Assembly: GCA_050951545.1 (NCBI GenBank)
Contig: JBMNJG010000011.1
Location: 32,001 to 96,000, forward strand
Length of the DNA stretch: 64,000 nt
Source: Limnochordia bacterium
GTDB taxonomy: Bacteria > Bacillota > Limnochordia > DTU080
Reading direction: 5' to 3'
The notes under the pieces were generated by a model. It was not told where the DNA came from, did no database searches, and worked only from the letters and a program-made list of their open reading frames with translations. Positions 1 through 9,988 of this stretch are shown piece by piece. Position 1 is the first letter of the stretch. The number at the start of each line of letters is the position of its first letter. Made by a program: the position numbers and the translations under genes.

Positions 1-424
1 ACTTCTACCGCAGCTCGGGGCGCGCCTTACGAGTGAACCTCCACTTCCCCAGCAGGACATCGTGGCTTTGCTTGAGTGGCCCGGGCAATTGGCCCGGATG
101 AACTCAGGGACGATGGATCTCATGGAGATCATGCAGAGGGGCATAGCGATGGGGTTGGTAGGCGAGGTAGAAGATGCTGTTCGTGAAGGCTTGGGGCTGG
201 ATGATTTCCGTCTAGAGCCAGATCTGACGCAAAAGCGCGTCCGGCTTTCAATTGGCAAAGCGTTGCTGCCGCGTATTTATCTGACATATGAGCAGTCGCT
301 GTTCTCAGAACCACGAGGCGATCTCAGCCTAGAATATGACCTGGACAATGGATGGAAGCTCTCTGCTGGTGTGGGGGACGGAGGTGACGTGCGCTTGGGG
401 GTTAAGGCGAAGAAGCGTTTCTGA
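1..424 (+). CDS. tamB: TamB/translocation-assembly module protein, C-terminal part (5' truncated by window)
   Basis: Frame open from position 2: LTSEPPLPQQDIVALL...LSIGKALLPRIYLTYEQ...VKAKKRF, typical TamB C-terminus; directly upstream of bamA. Confidence 0.8.
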   Translation, partial: LLPQLGARLTSEPPLPQQDIVALLEWPGQLARMNSGTMDLMEIMQRGIAMGLVGEVEDAVREGLGLDDFRLEPDLTQKRVRLSIGKALLPRIYLTYEQSLFSEPRGDLSLEYDLDNGWKLSAGVGDGGDVRLGVKAKKRF

Positions 425-552
425 TAATCCATCCGGCGCCAGCCTTGCCGTAATCCGGGAATATGACCATGAAGTGCTGCAGCCATAGCAGCAGGTAAGG
501 CCTCCTGTAAAGCAGAAGAGGCACATGCAGTTTCAAAGGGGGTTCGCATGCA

Positions 553-2283
553 ATGCACCATTCAAAGTATCGCCTTTTTCGGGTCGTTCTTGGTGTGCTT
601 TTCATTCTCACACAGGCCTTGCAGCCAGCATTGGCGGCAGATGCCACCAATGCACCCAAGGCGATCCGCCAGCCTGCCGCAAAGACAGAAGAACCCATAG
701 TGCGGGCTATAGCCGTAGAGGGGTTGCGCACTCTCTCGTCTGATGTGGTTCTCAAGGTGGTCAAGAAGACCGTTGTGGGCGAGCGGCTAGACCCCCAACG
801 TGTGCAGGAAGACCTGCAGGCCATCATAGACACGGGCTTTTTCAGCAATGTAGAGGCAGCCTTGGCTCCTGCAGATGATGGCGTCAAGATCATCTTTCTT
901 CCCACAGAGAACCCGCTCGTTCAGAGTATCAAGATCGAGACTGAGGTGCTCAAGCCGGAGTTGCTGCGCCCGTACTTTGCTCAAAAAGATGGCGAGGTGC
1001 TCAACTACCATCAGCTAGAGCGGGATCTTGATTCGCTTGAGGAGCGCGTGGCGGAAGCCCATGGTTACGTGGTGCAGCCTGTCAATGTGGCCATGTCACA
1101 GGCTGGCGAGCTTGGCATCTCTCTTTCGGCCGCCAGGCTGGGTGAAGTCACAGTCACGGGGAACACCAAGACTCGTGAGAAGGTGATCCGAAGAGAGCTC
1201 ACAGTCAAGCCTGGCGACTTCCTGAACATGTATCAGCTCGAAGGGGATCTACGCCGTGTGCTGCACCTTGGTTTCTTCGATGAGGTGCGTAGGTCGTTCA
1301 AGCCAGTTCCTGAGACCGACAAGTTCGATGTCGAGATTGAAGTGGTGGAGCGTTTGACGGGTTCGGCTGGTTTCGGTGCGGGGTACAGCACAGCAGACGG
1401 CCTTCTAGGCTATGTAGAGTACGCTGAAGAGAACTTCCTTGGTCGTGGCGAGCGCCTGAGCATCCGCTCCGAGTTTGCTCAGAGAAAGACTAGCTACGAT
1501 TTGGGGTTTTACGAGCCCTATCTGATGGGTTCGAGGACCTCATTCGGTGTCAATCTGTACAACAAGTCCTCAGATCTTGTTGAATACGAGAACGACGAGG
1601 AGCTTGGCTACCACGAACGCCGCGCTGGCGGGGATATTTCTCTCGGTCGGCCCATCGGTCCATACACTCGGGGGCTGATGACCCTCAAGATCGAAGACAG
1701 TGACATCACTCCTGACGTTGTCGGCAGCATAAAGGCCACGAGTAACAAGACGCGCAGTCTGACGCTGCAGTCGCGCACAGATACGACAGATCATCCTTTC
1801 TATCCGTTGTCGGGTATGCGGGCGAACCTCAGCGTGGAGTCAGCAGGCCACTTCCTTGGTGGCGATACTCAGTTCACCAAGTGGGTGGGCGAGACTAGCC
1901 GCTACTTTAAGGTGGGTCGAGCAGATCAGGTGTTGGCGCTGCGTCTCGTGGGGGGATTGGCCAGCGGCAATCTTCCGTTGCAGGACGAGTTCCGTGTGGG
2001 TGGCGCTGAGACCTTGCGAGGCTACAAGTACAGCGAGCTACGTGGTGATCGCATGGCCTATGCCAATGCCGAGTATCGCTTCAAGATAGCGAAGATGCTG
2101 CAAGGAGCGTTCTTTGTGGACGCTGGGCAGGCCTGGAGAAACGCGCAAGGACAACCCGATCGTCTCAAGGTTGGCTACGGGGCTGGGCTTCGTCTGGATA
2201 CGCCCTTGGGCATCATGCGTTTTGACTACGGCATTGGTGAAAGAGGCGGCGGCGTGTTCTTTAGCATCGGTCCATCATTCTAG
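553..2283 (+). CDS. bamA: Omp85/BamA outer-membrane protein assembly factor (about 3 POTRA domains + barrel)
   Basis: Signal peptide, POTRA motifs (GNTKTREKVIRREL, LGFFDEV), GAGYST, LRGY motif, C-terminal FSIGPSF. Confidence 0.93.
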   Translation: MHHSKYRLFRVVLGVLFILTQALQPALAADATNAPKAIRQPAAKTEEPIVRAIAVEGLRTLSSDVVLKVVKKTVVGERLDPQRVQEDLQAIIDTGFFSNVEAALAPADDGVKIIFLPTENPLVQSIKIETEVLKPELLRPYFAQKDGEVLNYHQLERDLDSLEERVAEAHGYVVQPVNVAMSQAGELGISLSAARLGEVTVTGNTKTREKVIRRELTVKPGDFLNMYQLEGDLRRVLHLGFFDEVRRSFKPVPETDKFDVEIEVVERLTGSAGFGAGYSTADGLLGYVEYAEENFLGRGERLSIRSEFAQRKTSYDLGFYEPYLMGSRTSFGVNLYNKSSDLVEYENDEELGYHERRAGGDISLGRPIGPYTRGLMTLKIEDSDITPDVVGSIKATSNKTRSLTLQSRTDTTDHPFYPLSGMRANLSVESAGHFLGGDTQFTKWVGETSRYFKVGRADQVLALRLVGGLASGNLPLQDEFRVGGAETLRGYKYSELRGDRMAYANAEYRFKIAKMLQGAFFVDAGQAWRNAQGQPDRLKVGYGAGLRLDTPLGIMRFDYGIGERGGGVFFSIGPSF

Positions 2284-2392
2284 CACTTGCCAGTGGATGG
2301 GCGCCCGAAACCACGCACGCGTCACGAGCAGCGTGAATGAAGGGCGCCTATGCGGATGATGCAGCGTATATGGTTCTTGGGAGGCATTCATT

Positions 2393-2827
2393 GTGGAAAA
2401 GAAGGGCAGAGTGGTTCTTACAGCATTCTTATTGCTGGTCACAGTGGTCAGTGTTCGTTGGGGGATATCCCGGGCGGCTGTGAAGGATGAATTTGGTCTT
2501 GTCGATATGCAGGTAGTCGCACAACGCTACATGCAGCCTGCGCTTGAGAAAGACCTCGAGCCGGAACTGCAGAAGCTTCAGAAAGAGTTCGATGCCAAGG
2601 CCAAGAATGCAAGTGACCAGGCCAAGGCTGAGCTTTTTACCACGTATCAGGGACGTCTAAACGCCAAGGAAGAGGAGATGCTAGAGAGTCTGCTGGCCAA
2701 GGTCTCTGCCGCGGCAAGTCAGGTGATGAAAGAGCGCGGGATGACCATCGTTTGCGATAAGGCAGCGGTAGTGGCTGGAGGTACTGACATCACTAGCCAG
2801 GTGCTGGCCAAACTGAAAGTGAAATGA
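2393..2827 (+). CDS. skp: OmpH/Skp periplasmic chaperone
   Basis: GLVDMQ N-terminus, helical coiled coil, VVAGGTDITSQVL C-terminus; bamA-skp-lpxD synteny. Confidence 0.85.
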   Translation: MEKKGRVVLTAFLLLVTVVSVRWGISRAAVKDEFGLVDMQVVAQRYMQPALEKDLEPELQKLQKEFDAKAKNASDQAKAELFTTYQGRLNAKEEEMLESLLAKVSAAASQVMKERGMTIVCDKAAVVAGGTDITSQVLAKLKVK

Positions 2828-2860
2828 TGGGCATTGCCGCATGTGAAGAGGTGCAGTGAC

Positions 2861-3970
2861 GTGTACCGGTTAAGTGAATTGGCGCGTCTAGTGCAAGGTG
2901 ACTTGTCGGGTCGGGCCCCAACTAAGGCCATAGAGGAGACAGAGATCACAGGAGCTGCCTCCTTGGAGGATGCCGGCCCGACAGAGATCACCTTCGCTGC
3001 GGAAAAGAGAATGGTAGAACTGGCTCAGGCGACGCGCGCTGCGGCCGTTATCGTGACGCCGGATTTCCCGGAGCTCGACAAGCCAGTGATTCGGGTGATG
3101 CATGCTCGTCTGGCGTGGGCAAAGGTACTCGAGGTGTTTGCTCCCATTGCGGATGTTCCCCTTGGCGTACATGAAAGTGCCAACGTTGGCGAGGCCGTTG
3201 TGCTGGGAAAGGATGTCTCAATACAGGCACACGTTGTCGTGGGAGCTCGTACGCGTCTGGGCGAGGGAGTGGTTCTTTGCCCAGGCGTCTACATAGGCGA
3301 GGATGTCTCAATCGGCAGCGGTACCGTGGTCTATCCCAACGCAGTGATCCTCGATCGGGTCAAGGTAGGCAAGAACTGTCTTATTCATGCAGGAGCAGTG
3401 CTGGGTGCTGATGGTTTTGGTTTCGTAAGCACGTCAAGTGGCCATCGCAAGGTGCAGCACATCGGTAGTGTTGTCGTGGAGGATGAAGTAGAGATCGGGG
3501 CCAATAGCACAGTCGATCGGGCCACAACTGGAGTGACTACTGTAGGCCGAGGAACAAAGATCGACAATCTCGTGCAGTTGGGGCACAACGTGCAGATTGG
3601 ATCCGAATGCCTCATCGTGGCTCTGAGCGGCGTGGCAGGCAGTGCTGTAGTCGAACGCAGAGTAACCTTGGCCGGGCAGAGCGGAGTGGCTGGACACCTC
3701 CGCGTAGGTGAGGGCAGCACAGTGGCCTCTCGCGGTCTTGTCGCTAAGGATACACCGCCGGGCTCTTTTGTTTCCGGGTTTCCGGCTCGTCCACATGCGG
3801 AGAATATGCGCATGCTGGCGGCACAACAACGCCTACCTGCCTTGCTTAAGGATTTCGACCAGTTGCGGCGTCGGGTGGCTCGTCTGGAAGAGGAGAAAGA
3901 AGAGACTGTGGCGCTGCTGTACGAGCTGGAGGCGGAGCTTGAGAAACTGCGAGAGGGGGGGCCTGTGTGA
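2861..3970 (+). CDS. lpxD: UDP-3-O-acylglucosamine N-acyltransferase
   Basis: Hexapeptide repeats, GADGFGF, EIGANSTVDRA, KIDNLVQLGHNV; GTG start at 2861 after GAGGTG. Confidence 0.95.
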   Translation: MYRLSELARLVQGDLSGRAPTKAIEETEITGAASLEDAGPTEITFAAEKRMVELAQATRAAAVIVTPDFPELDKPVIRVMHARLAWAKVLEVFAPIADVPLGVHESANVGEAVVLGKDVSIQAHVVVGARTRLGEGVVLCPGVYIGEDVSIGSGTVVYPNAVILDRVKVGKNCLIHAGAVLGADGFGFVSTSSGHRKVQHIGSVVVEDEVEIGANSTVDRATTGVTTVGRGTKIDNLVQLGHNVQIGSECLIVALSGVAGSAVVERRVTLAGQSGVAGHLRVGEGSTVASRGLVAKDTPPGSFVSGFPARPHAENMRMLAAQQRLPALLKDFDQLRRRVARLEEEKEETVALLYELEAELEKLREGGPV

Positions 3971-5886
3971 GCCTGGTACGGCTCACCGGAGTAGAGCGTT
4001 ATTTTGGTGGTCAGCGACTCTTCGGTCCGGCGAACTCTGTGATGCACGCAGGGGACAAGATCGGACTGATCGGGCGTAACGGTGTGGGCAAGACCACTCT
4101 GCTGAGACTCATTGCTGGCTTGGATCATCCTGATGAAGGCGAGGTGCTGGTTGCAGCTCGGGCCAAGGTGGGTTTCTTGTCCCAAGGCGTGGCGCTTGAT
4201 TTTCGCGGTGCCCTGTGGGAGTACGCGCTGCAAGCCAGAAGCGACGCTCTGCATATGGCTGAGCGTTTGCGGCAGCTGGAGGCGGCAATGGCTGATCCGG
4301 TCGTGCACTCGGATGAGGCAAGGCTTGCTCACGTTCTGGATGAATACGCTCGGGTTCGAGGCTGCTATGAGCAAGCCGACGGTTACAGCAGTGAAGCCGC
4401 GATCCGTGCCGCGCTCTTTGGGGTTGGTTTCTGCGAGGCTGATCTTACACTACCTGTATCGGCCCTGAGCGGAGGCCAGAAAGCGCGGGCAGCATTGGCC
4501 CGTTTGCTCTGCAGCTCGCCGGATCTGTTGCTCCTTGATGAGCCTACAAATCATCTCGACATGGCGGCGACTGAATGGCTGGAGAACTATCTGAAGGAGT
4601 ACAGGGGTTCGCTGATCGTAGTCTCGCATGACAGGTCCTTTCTGGATGCAGCGGTCAACCACATATGGGAACTTGAAGAGAACCAGCTCCATACCTATCG
4701 AGGCAACTACTCATCGTCCAGAGTGGTGCGTGAGGAAAGACGAGTGCGAGCTGCCAAGGAGTATCTGTCGCAGCAAGAACAGATCACTGAGCTCGAGGCG
4801 TACGTCCGCCGCTACAAGGCGGGTAATCGGGCCACCATGGCTAGAAGTCGCGAGCGCGCTCTGGCGCGTCTCACGCCTGTCGACAAGCCGATGAATGAGG
4901 CGGGACCGATGCGCCTGCGTCTAGCGGCAGGTCCTCGCTCAGGGCGAGAGGTCGTCTGGCTAGACGGAATATCCAAGGTCTACGGTAACAAGCCAGTGCT
5001 CGATATCGATCACCTTCGTGTGTCTCGCGGCGAGCGCATAGGTGTCATTGGGCCCAACGGCTCGGGCAAGAGCACATTGGTCAAGATCATCGCCGGATTG
5101 CTAGCGCCTTCTGCAGGGAAAGTGGGCTATGGCAAGGACGTGGTGATCGCCTATTTCAGTCAGGAACTGCTTGATCTGAACGCTGACCTGACAGTGATCG
5201 AGGAGCTCCTTCAGGTCCGCGACATGAGTTTCTTCGAGCTCCGGAGTCACTTGGCTCTCTTTCTGTTCCAAGGGGATGACGTATACAAGAAGGTGGGTGT
5301 GCTGAGCGGGGGCGAGCGCAACCGGCTGACACTGGCGAAACTGGTCTTGTGTGAAGCGAACCTCCTGTTGCTAGATGAACCCACCAATCATCTCGATATC
5401 CCCAGCCAGGAGGCTGTTGAGGCAGCGCTACAGGAGTACGAAGGCACGCTGATTTTCGTATCACATGACCGGTTTTTCTTGAGTCGGTTGGCCCAACGCA
5501 TCTGGTCTCTTTCGGACACCGAACTCCAGGATTTCGCCGGAGGCTACCAGGAGTTTCGCATGTCGCAACAGGCATTGTCGCCAGAGCCAGACCCGCAGAG
5601 AGTGAGAGTGAAGCGGTCAGATTCTGATGCAGAGGAGCTTGCGCGGCGCCGGGCATTGCATAGGGCACAGGCTGAGCTCGAGGAGTTGGAGCAAGCAATT
5701 GCTGTGGCTGAGGAGCAGAAGCATTCCCTAGAGGCCGTCCTTGCCGATACCACTGTGTATGCGGATGCCGAGCGGGCTAAGCAGACAGCTCAGGCACATC
5801 GAGAGATTGTAGCCAAGCTTGAAGCTTTGTATGGGCAATGGGAACAGCAGGCGAGTGTCGTAGATGACAGCATCATGGGCTGCTAG
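3967..5886 (+). CDS. ABC-F family ATPase with C-terminal coiled coil
   Basis: Two ABC cassettes (GRNGVGKT/LSGGQ/LLDEPTNHLD; GPNGSGKS/LSGGE), arm and linker, no TM segments. Confidence 0.93.
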   Translation: MSLVRLTGVERYFGGQRLFGPANSVMHAGDKIGLIGRNGVGKTTLLRLIAGLDHPDEGEVLVAARAKVGFLSQGVALDFRGALWEYALQARSDALHMAERLRQLEAAMADPVVHSDEARLAHVLDEYARVRGCYEQADGYSSEAAIRAALFGVGFCEADLTLPVSALSGGQKARAALARLLCSSPDLLLLDEPTNHLDMAATEWLENYLKEYRGSLIVVSHDRSFLDAAVNHIWELEENQLHTYRGNYSSSRVVREERRVRAAKEYLSQQEQITELEAYVRRYKAGNRATMARSRERALARLTPVDKPMNEAGPMRLRLAAGPRSGREVVWLDGISKVYGNKPVLDIDHLRVSRGERIGVIGPNGSGKSTLVKIIAGLLAPSAGKVGYGKDVVIAYFSQELLDLNADLTVIEELLQVRDMSFFELRSHLALFLFQGDDVYKKVGVLSGGERNRLTLAKLVLCEANLLLLDEPTNHLDIPSQEAVEAALQEYEGTLIFVSHDRFFLSRLAQRIWSLSDTELQDFAGGYQEFRMSQQALSPEPDPQRVRVKRSDSDAEELARRRALHRAQAELEELEQAIAVAEEQKHSLEAVLADTTVYADAERAKQTAQAHREIVAKLEALYGQWEQQASVVDDSIMGC

Positions 5887-5906
5887 CAGGGAAAGAGGCA
5901 GGCAAT

Positions 5907-6989
5907 ATGCGTGTGCTTGATCGTTACACCTTCAGGGAATTCAGCGCGCCGTTTGTCGCCTGCGTGGCTGGTTTCACCGTGATGCTCTTGTCGGGTATTG
6001 TCTTTGAGTTGGCCGACCTCATTGTCAGCAAGAGAATGCCAGTCTGGATCGTGCTCCGCCTTCTTCTGTACAAAGTGCCGAGCGTCATGGTGATTACCCT
6101 TCCCGCAGGAGCCTTGTTTGCCACGCTCTTGAGTCTGGGCCGCTTTGCCAAAGACAGTGAGCTTACAGTCATGCGAGTCACTGGCTGCTCGTTTCGCCGT
6201 CTGGCCTTGCCCGTGTTCGCGGCAGCAGCCATGGTCAGTGTAATGACCTTTGCTCTAAATGAGTCTGTAGTCCCTGCGGCGAATCACCAGGCAGAGAATC
6301 TCTATCGCAAGGCGATTCTGCGTGACGCTCTAACTCAAGTGCAAGCGAATGTGTTCATGCGGGGACCGGAAGGTCGCACGTTTTTCGTGGGTGAGGTGGA
6401 CCGTAAGACGCGTCGCCTCCGGTCAATCATGATCTTTGAGCCACTGCGGGGTGCTGACTCGCCTTTTCCTGCGGTGATCACTGCTCGGGAGGGGTCGTAC
6501 ACGGAGGAGACCTGGCATCTGCTCGCTGGAGTACGCCGTGTGCTTGATGAAGATGGCTATGTACTTCAAGAGACGGGCTTTGATAGGCTGGATATTCCTG
6601 TGCAAGACAGCGAGAAGTTGTTTGGAGAGCAGAAGACGACCGATGAGATGACCCGACGTGAGCTAGGTGATCACGTTCGCCTATTCCAGAAAAGTGGCAT
6701 TGACGTTCAGCGGTTTGTGGTCGATTACCATCTGAAACTCGCCTTGCCTCTGGCTGCAGTGATCTGGGTCTTGGTGGCAGCACCCATGGCTGTAGCTTCT
6801 GCGCGAGGGGGCCGCTTCTATGGTGTGGTGGTCAGCATTGTTGTGGCGTTTGGCTACTACGTGGCAGTGGGCATCTTCCGTTCGCTTGGGGGCAATGGCG
6901 CCATCCCACCAGTGTTGGCCGCATGGAGCCCCAACGTGCTTTTTTCTCTAATGGGCCTAGCCCTTCTCATCTGTGTGGAACGCGTTTGA
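5907..6989 (+). CDS. LptF/LptG family LPS export permease
   Basis: MRVLDRY start, DSELTVMRVTG, 3+3 TM layout with periplasmic domain, PPVLAAWSPN. Confidence 0.9.
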   Translation: MRVLDRYTFREFSAPFVACVAGFTVMLLSGIVFELADLIVSKRMPVWIVLRLLLYKVPSVMVITLPAGALFATLLSLGRFAKDSELTVMRVTGCSFRRLALPVFAAAAMVSVMTFALNESVVPAANHQAENLYRKAILRDALTQVQANVFMRGPEGRTFFVGEVDRKTRRLRSIMIFEPLRGADSPFPAVITAREGSYTEETWHLLAGVRRVLDEDGYVLQETGFDRLDIPVQDSEKLFGEQKTTDEMTRRELGDHVRLFQKSGIDVQRFVVDYHLKLALPLAAVIWVLVAAPMAVASARGGRFYGVVVSIVVAFGYYVAVGIFRSLGGNGAIPPVLAAWSPNVLFSLMGLALLICVERV

Positions 6990-7054
6990 CAGATCTTGAG
7001 ACAAGGCGACCGCGATTCTTTATGGAATTTCTCGCTGGGAGGGGGCGGCAACGC

Positions 7055-9241
7055 ATGTTGGTCGACGCACGCATGCTGGCAGTGTTCAGCATCATAGCCC
7101 TCTTGGTGGTGCCGAGCTTCGCTGCTACTGTGCAGATCACTGGCGAGGAGTTCGCTGTAGTAGATATTGCATCCGGTCAGTTTACCTTCAACGGGCCAGT
7201 GACGGTCACAGATGGCGCGACAACGATCAAAGGCACTCAGCTGGTGTACCAGAGCAAAGAGGAGATCGTACAGTTTATTGGAGAGGTCACCATTGAGCAG
7301 GACGGAACCTCTATTCAAGGGAAAGATCTCGTCTATGATGCTAGCAAGGGTGAAGGTATGCTCGCAGAGGCCCTGGCGTCGACCGTCCCAGCGGGGGCGG
7401 TATCTCCGGTCTATGTCTCTGGCACACAGGTGACTGCTTGTCGCAGCCTAACCGTAATCGACGATGCTTCACTTACCACGTGCGATCCTGATCAGCCGGG
7501 GTACTTCTTGGCGAGCAAGCGCATCGAGATCCGACCTGGCGATCGCTTGGTTCTCCACAATGTGCGTTTTGTAGAGAGTGGTATGACCCTTTTTTACTGG
7601 CCTCGGGTGACCTTCTCTTTGAAACGAGCCGATCCCGACACCGCTTCTGAAGACGTGGCGTTGCCTCGCATAGGGTACTCGGCCGCCGAAGGCTGGTTCG
7701 TGAAGTCGTCTTTCGGCTATCGTGGACCGGCGGCCCAGCGGGGGCGTCTGTTGATTGATTACATGCAGCTTTTGGGCTGGGGGTTTGGCATCGACCATAC
7801 CCTTCGTGCCGACGGCGCGGGTAGTGAGGGAATCTACCTTTATGCACAACCAAACGTAAATACGGGGCACACGGATCTGCAGCTAAGCTTACATGGCGAG
7901 CGTGTACTGCCGGGTGACCTCGAGGTGTCGGCGAGTAGTACGATCTCCTCTGAGTACGATGAAGGGGAGGAACTGTGGCGTCATCATGAGCTCAGTCTAG
8001 CACAGCGACGTTCGGGAGGTAGCAGTCTGCTGCGCTATAGCGACAAAAGAGTGACGGGCGCCAAGGTGGGGCACGAGACGTATGCCACTCTGTCGCACAC
8101 CCAAAGGAGTGCGGGCGGATGGCGCTTCAGAGTCAATGCCAACGCTGATGTGCGAGATATGCCCGGCCTCGCGCACCGCAACTTGGTGGGCTATTTGGCG
8201 GACCTGGGACGCGAAACACCAAACTGGGGCTTTGACCTAACCGCAGAGGACCGCTTCAACCCTGAACTGGCCAAGGATGTCCCTTCGGATATTACCTGGA
8301 GCAGGGCGCAGCGTCTACCTGAGCTTCGTGTACGGATCAACCGTCTCTATCTTGCTGGCCGTGAGAGTCCATTCGCCGCAGACCTGGCATGGGGCAACCT
8401 CACTGAGGATCGGTTGTCGTTGCCGGCTCATGTGCGTACGAGCACTGACAGGCTGCATGTGACGCTCAAGATGAAGCCCTCTCAGCTAAGTCTCGGATCC
8501 TGGGGACGTTGGCGTTGGGGAGGTTCACTAACTAGGCGTGTGTATGGCACAGGAGAGAGGCAGTGGGTGGCTGCCGCTCAAAGTGATTACCGCTTGCCCA
8601 TCTCTTCGAAACTTGCGCTAAGCGCGGATTACCGCTATGAGCAGGGGTTAGGTGACCTCTCGCCCTTTCGATTCGATAGGGTGATCGACGAGGAGACACT
8701 CACTGCAGCCCTGAAGTATGATGCGAAGAACGCGGGGTGGCTACTCTCCGGGGGCTATGATCTGCTTAACGAGGTTCCTACCGATGTTGTGGGCAGTCTC
8801 CGTCTACAGCTGTCTTCGGCACTCAAGATGCAGGTGCAGGCTGCATATAGTGTGGTGGACTCGGATTGGATCTACACGATAGGTACGGTGCAGTACGTGC
8901 CTGACGAAGCCTTTACTCTACAGCTGGGCTCGAAATACAACATGCAGTCGAGGCGGTCTGAACGTGTGGATGCGGTTTTTCGCTGGGACCTGCAGAGCTG
9001 GAAGGTGGCCTATACTGGCATCTATGACGGGATCAAGAACGTGTTCGACCTTGGCGATTTCACGATCACGAGGGATCTTGGTTGTCGGGCGATCGATCTG
9101 CGCTACAACCAGAACCGCAAGGAGGTTTGGTTAGAGTATAGAATTCCAGCATTCCCGGCAGCAAGTGTAAAAGTAGGGGCCACAGAGAAACACTTGATGT
9201 TCGATGCCAAAGGCTGGGAGGAGGTCTTGGCAACCGAGTGA
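7055..9241 (+). CDS. lptD: LptD-like LPS assembly outer-membrane protein
   Basis: Signal peptide, beta-jellyroll (OstA-like) N-terminus, LTTCD motif, PRIGYS, barrel ending in RDLGCR-type motif. Confidence 0.8.
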   Translation: MLVDARMLAVFSIIALLVVPSFAATVQITGEEFAVVDIASGQFTFNGPVTVTDGATTIKGTQLVYQSKEEIVQFIGEVTIEQDGTSIQGKDLVYDASKGEGMLAEALASTVPAGAVSPVYVSGTQVTACRSLTVIDDASLTTCDPDQPGYFLASKRIEIRPGDRLVLHNVRFVESGMTLFYWPRVTFSLKRADPDTASEDVALPRIGYSAAEGWFVKSSFGYRGPAAQRGRLLIDYMQLLGWGFGIDHTLRADGAGSEGIYLYAQPNVNTGHTDLQLSLHGERVLPGDLEVSASSTISSEYDEGEELWRHHELSLAQRRSGGSSLLRYSDKRVTGAKVGHETYATLSHTQRSAGGWRFRVNANADVRDMPGLAHRNLVGYLADLGRETPNWGFDLTAEDRFNPELAKDVPSDITWSRAQRLPELRVRINRLYLAGRESPFAADLAWGNLTEDRLSLPAHVRTSTDRLHVTLKMKPSQLSLGSWGRWRWGGSLTRRVYGTGERQWVAAAQSDYRLPISSKLALSADYRYEQGLGDLSPFRFDRVIDEETLTAALKYDAKNAGWLLSGGYDLLNEVPTDVVGSLRLQLSSALKMQVQAAYSVVDSDWIYTIGTVQYVPDEAFTLQLGSKYNMQSRRSERVDAVFRWDLQSWKVAYTGIYDGIKNVFDLGDFTITRDLGCRAIDLRYNQNRKEVWLEYRIPAFPAASVKVGATEKHLMFDAKGWEEVLATE

Positions 9242-9271
9242 GTGTTTCGAGGAGACGGGGAGGTGTCTTTT

Positions 9272-9925
9272 GTGCGGCGCGAGCATCGGAATCGGTGGAT
9301 CATGGCGGGTGTTCTCGTTCTTGTGGGGCTTTGCGCGGGCTCTGCGCTGCTACTGCTACGGGATGAAGCGATTCCGGTGACAGATACCAAGCTGACGCAA
9401 ACCACGGAGTTCTCTCGGCCTCGTTTGGTGGGATGGTCTAAGGGTCAACGTCAGTGGTCCCTGGAAGCCAGAACCATGAATGATGCGGGCAATGTAGTGA
9501 CATTAGAGAAGATCGAACATGGTGTTATTTACCGTAATGAGCGAGAGTTTCTCACTTTCAACGCTGGAAAGGCTGTATGGCAGAAGAAGGTGGGCAGTCG
9601 AGATAGCAGCGACCTGTCACTTTCCGAGGGGGTCACTGTTTTGCAGAACGGACAGCCAGTCATGGAGACTGCCAAACTGGAATGGAAAGAGGCCACCAGC
9701 TTGCTTATCGCTCCTGAAACCGTCTACTTCACATACGATGGCAGTAAGGCTCGGGCTTCGCGTCTGACTCTCAACTCGGTAACCGAAGACGTCATCTTGG
9801 AGGGTGATATCGATCTTGCCCTGCAAGATGGGACGCTCATTGCGGTACAGGGTAGGCTCGTCTACAACATGAAAACAGGATCCTTCCGCATAGAAGGGAT
9901 GCAACAGTTCGACATCAGCACTTAG
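9272..9925 (+). CDS. lptC: LptC-like LPS export periplasmic protein
   Basis: Single N-terminal TM, GQRQWSLEA motif, beta-jellyroll pattern; lies after lptD. Confidence 0.75.
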   Translation: MRREHRNRWIMAGVLVLVGLCAGSALLLLRDEAIPVTDTKLTQTTEFSRPRLVGWSKGQRQWSLEARTMNDAGNVVTLEKIEHGVIYRNEREFLTFNAGKAVWQKKVGSRDSSDLSLSEGVTVLQNGQPVMETAKLEWKEATSLLIAPETVYFTYDGSKARASRLTLNSVTEDVILEGDIDLALQDGTLIAVQGRLVYNMKTGSFRIEGMQQFDIST

Positions 9926-9988
9926 ATGGCAGTAGCTTCCTTTGTGTGAAGATAGTGCTGGGCAGCCCGACAGCCTTCGCATGGTATA

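Noticed and set aside
3385-4374. 329-aa antisense ORF (also 35366-36193, 33612-34292, 60609-61283)
   Set aside because: Shadow ORFs opposite well-supported genes in GC-rich DNA
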